From the NCBI GenBank assembly GCA_029210695.1, contig JARGFH010000041.1:1-33308 (forward strand): 33,308 nucleotides of DNA, in the 5' to 3' direction. Each line of letters opens with the position of its first letter. Within the stretch, counting starts at the first letter, position 1. Below the pieces are notes generated by a model. That model saw only the letters and a list, made by a program, of their open reading frames with translations, searched no databases and was not told the DNA's origin. Below are positions 26,171 to 33,308 of this stretch, one piece after another. The translations under genes and the position numbers were made by a program. This DNA is from Acidimicrobiia bacterium. GTDB lineage: Bacteria > Actinomycetota > Acidimicrobiia > Spongiisociales > JAHEDJ01.

Positions 26171-28002
26171 GGCCTGGCCCCGACTCCGCTCGCAACGCGG
26201 GCGGCATCCTTGGCGTGGTAGCTGGACCGCACCAGCGGGCCGGATTCAACATGGCGGATACCGAGGCCTTCTCCGTTGGCCTTGTACCTCGCGAACTCGT
26301 CGGGGTGTACGTAGCGGTGAATGGGCCGGTGCCTGGCCGTCGGTCGGAGGTACTGCCCGATCGTGACGATCTCGACACCTACCGCCCGCAGATCGGCCAG
26401 GGCACCTAGCACTTCCTCCTCGGTTTCGCCCATCCCAACGATGAGCCCCGACTTGACGGCCACCTCCGGGTGCAATGCATTCGCTCGCCAGAGCAGGGTC
26501 AGCGACCGTCCGTAGTTAGCGGCGGTGCGGATATCCCTTTGAAGACGCAGCACCGTTTCCGTGTTGTGGTTGAGCACGTCCGGCTGCTCGGCCATGACGG
26601 TGGCGAGGTCGTGCCGGTCCCCTTTGAAATCTCCGATCAGCACCTCGATCGAAGTCGAAGGGCTCAGCCGGCGGGATTGCCGGATCGTCTCCGCCCAGAT
26701 CTCTGCTCCTCCATCTTGGAGATCGTCCCGGTCGACGGCGGTGATCACCGCGTGCTCGAGGCCCATGTCGCGGATCGCCTCTGCCGCCCTGAATGGTTCC
26801 AGGACGTCGAGTTCGGTTGGCTTGCCCGTGAGCACGTTGCAGAAGCTGCAGGCCCTCGTGCAGGTGTCCCCGAGGATCATGAGCGTGGCGGTCCCCGATT
26901 CCCAGCACTCGAATATGTTCGGGCAGCCGGCCTCCTCACACACCGTGTGCAGGTCGAGACCGCGCATGAGCTTCTTGACGTCGCGGTATTCCGCTCCGAG
27001 ATTGGCTCTGACCTTCATCCATTCCGGCCGTTCCGGTTCGCCGGGCAGCAACCCCCCCTTACGCGTGACCGGTACCTCATGGCGGCGCTCGGACGAGAAC
27101 GTTCCCTGTTCGACGAGGCGGTCGACCTCGAAGTCGGGCGGTCGACCCTGACTGCGAGTGAAGGCGCCGAGCTGGATCTCCGGGTCCCGGTACCCGAATA
27201 CCGACGCGAAGGCTGGGACGAGGCGTTCGACAACTTCTTCAACTGACACCCGCCGACCGAGAATTTCAGTCATCGAGGACACCGACCGGTCCGTGATCCC
27301 GCACGGGTGCATGTGAGCGAAATAGCTCATATCCGGATCCACGTTGAGGGCGAACCCGTGCATGGTGACGCCCCTCGAGACCCGCACCCCGATGGCGGCG
27401 ATCTTGCCACCGGCCGTCCAGACACCGGTGAAGCCCGCCTCTGCCCAGGCATCGATGCCGAACCCGGCCAGAGTCAGGATCAGCGCCTCCTGCATCCGAT
27501 CGACGTAGGCGGTGATCTTCTTGGGATCCTCCAGTTCGATGATCGGATAACCGACGAGCTGGCCGGGGCCGTGGTAGGTGATGTCACCGCCCCGATCGAC
27601 GTCGTAGCGCTCTGCGTTGAGCACTCGCAGTCGCTCATCGGAGACGAGCAGGTTGCCGGAGTCGCCGTGGCGACCGATCGTGTAGACGTGGGGATGCTCG
27701 AGCAGCAGAAGGTAATCCCAGGTGGATCGTCCCGACGTCCGGCCGTCCCAGAAGGCTCTCTGGAGGTCCCACGCCTCGGCATACGGGAGTCGCCCGAGCC
27801 ACCGGACCCGCAGGGTCGGTCCCCCCTCCGGGGGGAAGGTACCGCCGGAAGTTTCGACTCGCGACTCGCCACCCGCGACCCGCGGGGTCGGTCCCCCCGG
27901 AGGGGGGAAAGTACCGCCGAGCCCGGAGGGCTCGGGGGTAGGGGGGCCGCCGGGAGTTGCGACCCGCGACTCGCGACCCGCGACTCGCGACCCGCGCTTC
28001 AC
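26167..28002 (-). CDS. lipB-lipA: Fused octanoyltransferase LipB and lipoyl synthase LipA, apparently with a repeat-derived N-terminal extension
   Basis: LipB motifs LLEHPHVYTIGR, DRGGDITYHGPGQLVGYP, KIAAIGV, HGFALNV, PCG. LipA motifs CEEAGCPNIFEC, CTRACSFC, RSSYHA. All in one frame. GTG 28002 overlaps the dlaT stop; the start is uncertain. Confidence 0.93.
   Translation of the reverse strand: MKRGSRVAGRESRVATPGGPPTPEPSGLGGTFPPPGGPTPRVAGGESRVETSGGTFPPEGGPTLRVRWLGRLPYAEAWDLQRAFWDGRTSGRSTWDYLLLLEHPHVYTIGRHGDSGNLLVSDERLRVLNAERYDVDRGGDITYHGPGQLVGYPIIELEDPKKITAYVDRMQEALILTLAGFGIDAWAEAGFTGVWTAGGKIAAIGVRVSRGVTMHGFALNVDPDMSYFAHMHPCGITDRSVSSMTEILGRRVSVEEVVERLVPAFASVFGYRDPEIQLGAFTRSQGRPPDFEVDRLVEQGTFSSERRHEVPVTRKGGLLPGEPERPEWMKVRANLGAEYRDVKKLMRGLDLHTVCEEAGCPNIFECWESGTATLMILGDTCTRACSFCNVLTGKPTELDVLEPFRAAEAIRDMGLEHAVITAVDRDDLQDGGAEIWAETIRQSRRLSPSTSIEVLIGDFKGDRHDLATVMAEQPDVLNHNTETVLRLQRDIRTAANYGRSLTLLWRANALHPEVAVKSGLIVGMGETEEEVLGALADLRAVGVEIVTIGQYLRPTARHRPIHRYVHPDEFARYKANGEGLGIRHVESGPLVRSSYHAKDAARVASGVGARP
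27805..27996. repeat. Composite repeat: two 43-bp hairpin units (27805-27847, 27877-27919), an extra hairpin, and GCGAC(C/T)C heptamer runs (27854-27881, 27959-27996)
   Basis: Read directly: GACCCGC(A/G)GGGTCGGTCCCCCC-(TCC/GGA)-GGGGGGAA(G/A)GTACCGCCG twice, 72 bp apart; CCGAGCCC-GGA-GGGCTCGG hairpin; five tandem heptamers at 27959-27993. Confidence 0.9.
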
Positions 28003-29399
28003 GCCAGTTCCTGCTCCCAATCCCATGTTTCGAGGTTCTCTTTGATGCGGCGGAGGAACAGCACTGCCGTCGACCCGTCGAATGCCCGGTGATCCCAGGT
28101 CAATCCGAGGTAGCCGATGTGCCGAATGGCGATCATGTCGGCTCCGTCGGGTCCGGTGATCACCGTCGGCCGCTTGACGACCGTCTCCGTGGAGAGGATG
28201 CCGGTGTTCGGCACGTTGATGATCGGCGCAGACATGAACGACCCGAATGGGCCGGGGTTGGTGATCGAGAAGGTCGACCCGGTGATGTCGTCGAGGCCGA
28301 GTTCACCGGCCCGGCCGCGCACGGCGATGTCGCGGATCCTCCTGGCCAGACCGACGAGGCGGAGACCGTCCGCGTCCCGGATCGAAGCGACCAGCAGCCC
28401 CTTCTGGTCCATGTCCACGGCGATGCCGAGGTTGACCGTCCGATGGAACACTGCCTTCTTCTGTTCGAGGTAGAACGAGCTGTTGACCACCGGGAACGCC
28501 TTGAGCGCATCCATCGTGGCCCGGGCGATGAACGGCAGGTAGGTGAGCGAGAAACCTTCGGCCTCTTTGAACTCGGCCTTGTGCGCCTGCCGGATCCGTT
28601 CTACTCGCGTGTAGTCGACCTCTACAGACGTCCACACGTGGGCGGCCGTCTGTTTGGCGTGGATCATGTTCTCACCGATGCGGACCCGCAGCCGGTCGAG
28701 ATCCCGCACTTCGTCACCTTCGAGCAGCGGGATGTCGGCGGGCTCGACCGCGGCGGGCTCGGCCGCAGCGGGAGCGGCCGGCGAAACGGCTGCCACCGGA
28801 GCGACCTGCGGTGTCACCGGCGCTTCTGATGGAGTCGTAGGCACTTGAGCCACGCCCGTTTCAATCAGGGCCTCGACGTCCTTGCGGGTAATCCGCCCGT
28901 CCCGGCCCGTCCCGGTGACGGAACTGAGATCGAGGTTGTGCTCGCGGGCAAGCTTGCGCACCACGGGAGAGAGGAACAGGCCCTCGGTGGATTCAACGAC
29001 GACGGGGGCCGCCGGAGCGGGCTGCGGCGCGGTTTCCGGCGTCGCCGCACTCGGCTCAGCAACCGGCGACGGTTCGGGCGGCACCATCGGAGCCGGCGCG
29101 GGCTCGGCGACGACTGCGGCGGGCTCCGCCTGGGGGGCGGCGGGGGTGGCCGGCTCCTCACCGGCCTCACCGATGACAATCAGATCGGTTCCGACGACGA
29201 CGGTCTCGCCTTCGGGAACCAGGATGTCGAGGATCACGCCGCCGACCGGCGACGGGATCTCGGTATCGACCTTGTCGGTCGAGATTTCGACGAGCACCTC
29301 GTCGACGGCGATCGTATCACCGACCTTCTTCGGCCAGCTCAAAATGGTTCCCTCGGTGACCGTTTCGCCGAGTTGTGGCATGGAGACCGTGGTGGCCAT
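27999..29399 (-). CDS. dlaT: 2-oxoacid dehydrogenase E2 dihydrolipoamide acyltransferase (DlaT/SucB-like)
   Basis: Lipoyl domain MPQLGETVTEG...STDKVDTE, Pro/Ala linker, E3-binding SPVVRKLA...GTGRDGRITRKD, catalytic DHRAFDG. Confidence 0.93.
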   Translation of the reverse strand: MATTVSMPQLGETVTEGTILSWPKKVGDTIAVDEVLVEISTDKVDTEIPSPVGGVILDILVPEGETVVVGTDLIVIGEAGEEPATPAAPQAEPAAVVAEPAPAPMVPPEPSPVAEPSAATPETAPQPAPAAPVVVESTEGLFLSPVVRKLAREHNLDLSSVTGTGRDGRITRKDVEALIETGVAQVPTTPSEAPVTPQVAPVAAVSPAAPAAAEPAAVEPADIPLLEGDEVRDLDRLRVRIGENMIHAKQTAAHVWTSVEVDYTRVERIRQAHKAEFKEAEGFSLTYLPFIARATMDALKAFPVVNSSFYLEQKKAVFHRTVNLGIAVDMDQKGLLVASIRDADGLRLVGLARRIRDIAVRGRAGELGLDDITGSTFSITNPGPFGSFMSAPIINVPNTGILSTETVVKRPTVITGPDGADMIAIRHIGYLGLTWDHRAFDGSTAVLFLRRIKENLETWDWEQELA

Positions 29400-29475
29400 G
29401 CGTTATCGGTTTCCTCTCATCATGCAATCTCTACCCTCAACGATACTGCCGGACCCAGCATTCCGACCCAACAAA

Positions 29476-29529
29476 CCGTTTTCGCGCGGGGATCGCACCA
29501 TATACGGTGGGATCCCCGCGCGAAAACGG
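29476..29529. repeat. Palindrome with a perfect 19-bp stem between lpdA and dlaT (REP-like element or transcript hairpin/terminator)
   Basis: CCGTTTTCGCGCGGGGATC (29476-29494) and GATCCCCGCGCGAAAACGG (29511-29529) are exact reverse complements; inner CACC/GGTG extends the stem. Confidence 0.85.
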
Positions 29530-29548
29530 AAGTTTCCGGCCGCCGCCG

Positions 29549-30913
29549 TCAATGGAGGCTGCGTCCCGTCGAGGTCAGGAGCGTCTCCCCCACCGCTTCC
29601 GACAGCGTCGGGTGGGCGTGAATGAACGCGGCCGCCTCTTCAGGAAGGGCCTCCCACCCCACTATGTACATCAACTCGTGGATCATCTCACCGGCCTGCG
29701 GGCCGACCACCGAGGCGCCGAGAATGGGCCCATCCTTCTGGACCACGAGCTTCACGAGACCCTGGTTCTGCCCGATGATCTGGGCGCGACCCACTCCGAG
29801 GAAGCTATGCGAATACGTTTCCACTTCGAGTCCCTGGGCAGCGGCGGCCGCCTCCGTCAGGCCGACTTCGGCCATCTCCGGGTGGGTATAGACGACCAGC
29901 GGAATCGCCCGGTAGTCGGGACCGGCCGCCTGTCCGGTAGCAATGTGCGTGACTGCCGCGATGCCCTCGGCGAACCCGGCGTGGGCAAGTTGTGGGGTCC
30001 CGGCCAGGAGGTCGCCCACCGCATAGACCCCCGGCTCACCGGTCTGCATCGTCGTCAGGTCGGCGAGAACGTATCCGCGGTCGACCTGCACCCTGGTGGT
30101 TTCGAGTCCGATTCCTGAGGTGACCGGCGCCCGACCGACCGCCACCAGCACCACATCGACCTCCGCCGAGTCTTCCCCGAACGGCACAATGACGCCTGCA
30201 TCGGTCATCACCGGTTCACCGACAGATACCCCAGTGTGGATCTTGACCCCGCGCCGCTTGAGGTGTTTGCGGAGTTCCCCGGCAGCTTTGGCGTCTGCAC
30301 CCGGCACGATCTGGTCCATGAGTTCCAAGAGGGTGACGTCACTACCGAGATCGACCAGGAGGCTGGCGAACTCGCACCCGATCGCACCGGCCCCGATGAT
30401 TGCCACCCGCTCCGGCCGGGTCTCCCAGTCGAGAGCATGGTCGGAGTTCACGATGCGCACGCCGTCGAAGTCGTAGCCGGGAATCGAGCGGGGCACGGAT
30501 CCGGTAGCGACGATCACATTCCTGGCCTCGAGAACCTGTTCACCGTCGTTGACGACGACCCGGCGGGCACCATCGAGACGTCCGAAGCCGTTGATCACCT
30601 GAACCTTGCGCTGCTTCAACAGCCCGGACAGACCCTTGACGAGACCGTCCACGATTCGTTGTTTTCTGGCCAGGGCCGTTCCCCAGTCGAACGACGGTTC
30701 GCTCGACTGCACACCGAACTCGGCAGCCCCGGCCACGGTTGTGAACACCTCGGCTGCTTGGAGCCACGCCTTGGCAGGTATGCAGCCGCGCAACAGGCAG
30801 GTCCCGCCGATTTCGTCCTTCTCGACGAGCGCGGTCTCCAAGCCGTAGTTGTGGGCATAGAGTGCGGCGGCATATCCGGCCGGCCCACCACCAACGATCA
30901 CAACGTCGTACAC
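29549..30913 (-). CDS. lpdA: Dihydrolipoamide dehydrogenase (E3)
   Basis: GGGPAGY, GGTCLLRGCIP (redox disulfide), GAGAIGCE, HAHPTLSE; SD GGAGG before GTG. Confidence 0.96.
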   Translation of the reverse strand: MYDVVIVGGGPAGYAAALYAHNYGLETALVEKDEIGGTCLLRGCIPAKAWLQAAEVFTTVAGAAEFGVQSSEPSFDWGTALARKQRIVDGLVKGLSGLLKQRKVQVINGFGRLDGARRVVVNDGEQVLEARNVIVATGSVPRSIPGYDFDGVRIVNSDHALDWETRPERVAIIGAGAIGCEFASLLVDLGSDVTLLELMDQIVPGADAKAAGELRKHLKRRGVKIHTGVSVGEPVMTDAGVIVPFGEDSAEVDVVLVAVGRAPVTSGIGLETTRVQVDRGYVLADLTTMQTGEPGVYAVGDLLAGTPQLAHAGFAEGIAAVTHIATGQAAGPDYRAIPLVVYTHPEMAEVGLTEAAAAAQGLEVETYSHSFLGVGRAQIIGQNQGLVKLVVQKDGPILGASVVGPQAGEMIHELMYIVGWEALPEEAAAFIHAHPTLSEAVGETLLTSTGRSLH

Positions 30914-30995
30914 GAATCCTCCGGGAAGTCGGGTCTGGGGACGAGATTAGCCCCACGCGCAACATCTGCCCCCGGTGCGATACGCTGGCGGCTTC

Positions 30996-31088
30996 ATGCA
31001 GACCCGGTTTCTCCTCGTCGCCTCGATCGTCACCGCCTTGATCATCCTCATCGCCTCGGCGGTGTGGTTGGCGGTGGTCGTCTCATGA
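30996..31088 (+). CDS. Putative 30-aa single-pass membrane peptide (below the ORF-track cutoff)
   Basis: MQTRFLLVASIVTALIILIASAVWLAVVVS. Most codons end in G/C. TACGCT -10-like hexamer at 30981-30986; divergent from lpdA. Confidence 0.55.
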   Translation: MQTRFLLVASIVTALIILIASAVWLAVVVS

Positions 31089-31092
31089 AGCC

Positions 31093-31203
31093 GTTTCTCC
31101 GCAATACTGTGAACCGCCAGCGACCATTGCATTGCGCAGAAAATGCATCAAGGTTTCTCGGCAATACTGTGGACCACCAGCGACCATTGCATTGCGCAGA
31201 AAC
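31093..31203. repeat. Two tandem ~50-bp palindromic repeats (period 60 bp)
   Basis: 31093-31142 and 31153-31202 differ at 3 of 50 positions. Each has TTTCTxxGCAAT...ATTGCGCAGAAA inverted ends. Confidence 0.88.
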
Positions 31204-31225
31204 TCCGTAGGAACGAGGTCAGCCC

Positions 31226-31444
31226 ATGATCACCAAGACCGTCCGACTCAGCGGTAGCTGTCCCGACTCGATCGAAGACGCCATCAACGGTGTGCTCGGC
31301 CGCGCCGCCGAGACCCTCTCGGACATCCAGTCCTTCCGGGTGGTGGAGGTCGGAGGAACGGTCGACGCGTCGGGCGCTCCATCTGACTACACGGTCACCC
31401 TCGACATCACGTTCGTCGTCAAGGAATCCACGACCCACCGCTGA
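31226..31444 (+). CDS. Dodecin-family small protein (flavin-binding fold)
   Basis: 72 aa; pattern K.V.LSGS.PDSIEDAI...A.ETL..I..F.VVE..G......Y.VTL.I.F matches dodecin; GAGG SD. Confidence 0.8.
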   Translation: MITKTVRLSGSCPDSIEDAINGVLGRAAETLSDIQSFRVVEVGGTVDASGAPSDYTVTLDITFVVKESTTHR

Positions 31445-32424
31445 TGGATCACATCGAGTCACTCGGCTTCGGTATCTGGCGCCTCACGCTGCCGCTTCCT
31501 TTCACTGCGCCCAGCTCGGTCAACGCCTACCTCTTCGAAGGCACAGACGGCCTCACGATGCTCGACTGCGGCGTCGACACAGACGACGGCTACGAGGCCA
31601 TCCTGCGCGGCCTCGAGCAGGTCGGCGCCACGACCGCCGACCTCCATCGCCTCATCGGCTCTCACCTCCACGTCGATCACATGGCCCTCGCCAAACGACT
31701 CGTCGAAGAGACCGGGGCAGAGTGGGTGATGCACGATTCCACGCCCGGAGAAGTGCGCTGGTACAACGACTGGGAGAGCCGCCGGAACCGCCTCACCGAC
31801 ATCGTCGCCTCCAACGGCGCCCCCGGCGACATCATCGAACGTTTCCGAACGGGCTTCGAGCAACCAGAGTGGTATTCGACGGCGATGAATCCGACGCATC
31901 CGGTTGCCGACGGCGATCGGATCCCGCTGGGCGACGACCGATATCTCGAGGTGATCTACACCCCCGGACATCAGCCGAATCACATCACGCTGCTCGACTC
32001 GCGCAGCGGAATGCTGTTCGCGGGGGATCACGTGTTGCCCGGCATCTCCCCGTTCGTTCCCTACGACGGAGACGACAACGACCACCTCGGCGACTATCTC
32101 AACTCGATCGAGCGCGTCGAGCTGCTCGACCCCGGCATCGTTCTCCCCGGCCACGGACCCACGATCGAACGGGGACGAGCCCGTGCCCGCCAGATCAGCC
32201 TTCACCACGAACGCCGGATCGGGGCAATCACGCAGGAGCTGAAGTGGGGCCCAAAGACGGCGTGGGAGGTGATGGGCTCCGTGTTCCGACCCAACCTCAA
32301 CCACCTCGAGCAGCGTCTGGCCATTCAGGAAACCCTCGCGCACCTGGAATACTTGCGCCGGCGCGGGACGGTGGAGCGGATCCTCGAAGGGGCAACGTTC
32401 TGGTACCGGGGATTCAACCGGTGA
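31444..32424 (+). CDS. Metallo-beta-lactamase-fold hydrolase with C-terminal winged-helix-like tail
   Basis: VNAYL, LDCG, SHLHVDH (HxHxDH), TPGHQPNH, GDHVLP, LPGHG, ETLAHLEYL. Confidence 0.92.
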   Translation: MDHIESLGFGIWRLTLPLPFTAPSSVNAYLFEGTDGLTMLDCGVDTDDGYEAILRGLEQVGATTADLHRLIGSHLHVDHMALAKRLVEETGAEWVMHDSTPGEVRWYNDWESRRNRLTDIVASNGAPGDIIERFRTGFEQPEWYSTAMNPTHPVADGDRIPLGDDRYLEVIYTPGHQPNHITLLDSRSGMLFAGDHVLPGISPFVPYDGDDNDHLGDYLNSIERVELLDPGIVLPGHGPTIERGRARARQISLHHERRIGAITQELKWGPKTAWEVMGSVFRPNLNHLEQRLAIQETLAHLEYLRRRGTVERILEGATFWYRGFNR

Positions 32425-33053
32425 CCCTTCCACTCCTGACCGCCGACGGCTTGACGCTGGAGCACCGGTGGTCGGTGCCCCATGACTTCGACCGAGTTGC
32501 TGTGCTATGTCACCCGCATCCACTGCAGGGCGGCTCGATGGACGCCCCCCTCCTGCGACGGGTGAAGAACGTCCTCACCGAACGAGGCTTCGCCGTATTG
32601 CGCTTCAACTTCAGGGGCGTCGGCGCTTCCCACGGTTCCCACGGAGGCGGCGTGAGCGAGGTGCAGGACATCGAAGCCGCCGTCGAGCTCGCCCGCACCA
32701 GCCACCCGGATCTTCCCCTCGGCATCGCCGGGTGGTCCTTCGGATCGGTCATCGCCCTTCGCTGGTCTGCCCAACACCGGTCAGATCTGCCCTACGCGGG
32801 TATCGCTCCACCGGTCGGCAGCGACCTCATACTCGAACTACCTGAAATACGGCACCTCGTCCCGGCGCCGCGCACCTTGATCATCGGCGACAACGACCAG
32901 TTCACCACCGTCGACAAGGTCGAGGACTATGCCGCCTCGATCGGAGCGAAGGTCGAGGTCGTGAAAGGAAGCGACCACTTCTTCTTCACGAAAGAAGGCG
33001 TAGTAGGCGAGTTGGTGGCCGCCGCACTGAGCCACACAGAACTCAGAACGTAA
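32421..33053 (+). CDS. Alpha/beta-fold hydrolase (HPHP-type), 210 aa
   Basis: GTG 32421 overlaps the upstream stop. CHPHPLQGGSM, LRFNFRGVG, GWSFG nucleophile elbow, GDNDQF, DHFF. Confidence 0.9.
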   Translation: MTLPLLTADGLTLEHRWSVPHDFDRVAVLCHPHPLQGGSMDAPLLRRVKNVLTERGFAVLRFNFRGVGASHGSHGGGVSEVQDIEAAVELARTSHPDLPLGIAGWSFGSVIALRWSAQHRSDLPYAGIAPPVGSDLILELPEIRHLVPAPRTLIIGDNDQFTTVDKVEDYAASIGAKVEVVKGSDHFFFTKEGVVGELVAAALSHTELRT

Positions 33054-33235
33054 AACCTAGAACTCGCTCCAGGCACCGCAAACCCCCTCCGCCCTGCCAG
33101 CGGCAGGCCACCTCCCCCAGCTAACGCTGGGAGAGGACGCACAGAAAACACGACCACCTGCTCATCACCAAGGCGTAGTAGGCGAGCTGGTCGCCACCGT
33201 GTTGAGCCACATAGAACTCAGAACATAGAACCTAG
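32995..33235 (+). repeat. Imperfect 66-bp direct repeat (32995-33060 and 33170-33235) flanking a double-hairpin element (33083-33137)
   Basis: 57 of 66 positions identical by manual alignment. Hairpins CCTGCC-AGC-GGCAGG and CCTCCCCCAGC-TAAC-GCTGGGAGAGG. AGAAC-type heptamers at 33038-33065. Confidence 0.85.
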
Positions 33236-33308
33236 TGGTCTGTCGCGGATTCAGTGATCTGGTTGAGGGCGGCTCGTCCTCGTTTGACTTTGGCAATGAT
33301 TTCTTCGG
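33232..33308 (-). mobile_element. 3' end of an IS630-family element (transposase C-terminus and end at a CTAG/TA site)
   Basis: Minus strand reads EEIIAKVKRGRAALNQITESATDH-TAG, resembling actinobacterial IS630 transposase ends. The stop codon is supplied by the CTAG junction, as is typical for IS630. Confidence 0.75.

Noticed and set aside
28740..29160. GC-rich low-complexity sequence in dlaT
   Set aside because: Ordinary Pro/Ala-rich E2 linkers.
31093..31203. Possible CRISPR array
   Set aside because: Only two ~50-bp units with a 10-bp spacer and no cas genes; repeat and spacer sizes do not fit.
31290..33053. 587-aa ORF in the track
   Set aside because: The first 377 codons are an Arg-rich off-frame read-through over dodecin and the MBL hydrolase. 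Only 32421-33053 has hydrolase motifs.
1..33308. Whole window as a composite transposon or island bounded by IS elements
   Set aside because: The two ends belong to different IS families and the interior includes core genes (tkt, lpdA, dlaT, lipA). More likely the assembly broke at repeated IS copies.

Overview
High-GC actinobacterial window, most consistent with Acidimicrobiia (inferred from the Cys-containing SLH-like repeats and the LipB-LipA fusion). It is cut at both ends by insertion sequences: an IS3-family right end at 1-76 that interrupts a sugar O-methyltransferase gene, and an IS630-family end at 33232-33308. Positions ~80-19.3 kb form a cell-surface glycan locus. It encodes three paralogous two-module glycosyltransferases (one fused to a SAM methyltransferase plus helical spacer), another GT2, a GT-C/SMR/GtrB-like trio, an amino-sugar nucleotide pathway (oxidoreductase, two acyltransferases, two DegT aminotransferases, epimerase/dehydratase) and a Wzm/Wzt exporter. 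Next come two secreted proteins with SLH-like repeats flanking tkt, a methyltransferase, an M24 peptidase, the lipoylation/E2/E3 cluster (lipB-lipA fusion, dlaT/sucB, lpdA), and a small-ORF/dodecin/MBL-hydrolase/alpha-beta-hydrolase operon. Several short palindromic and heptamer repeats lie in the right third, one apparently in frame at the 5' end of lipB-lipA. I found no rRNA, tRNA, CRISPR array or phage genes. All calls come from reading motifs by eye; no database search was run. I cannot demonstrate a wholly new system. The best candidates are the methyl-capping/ruler-like glycan assembly line and the in-frame repeat at lipB-lipA.
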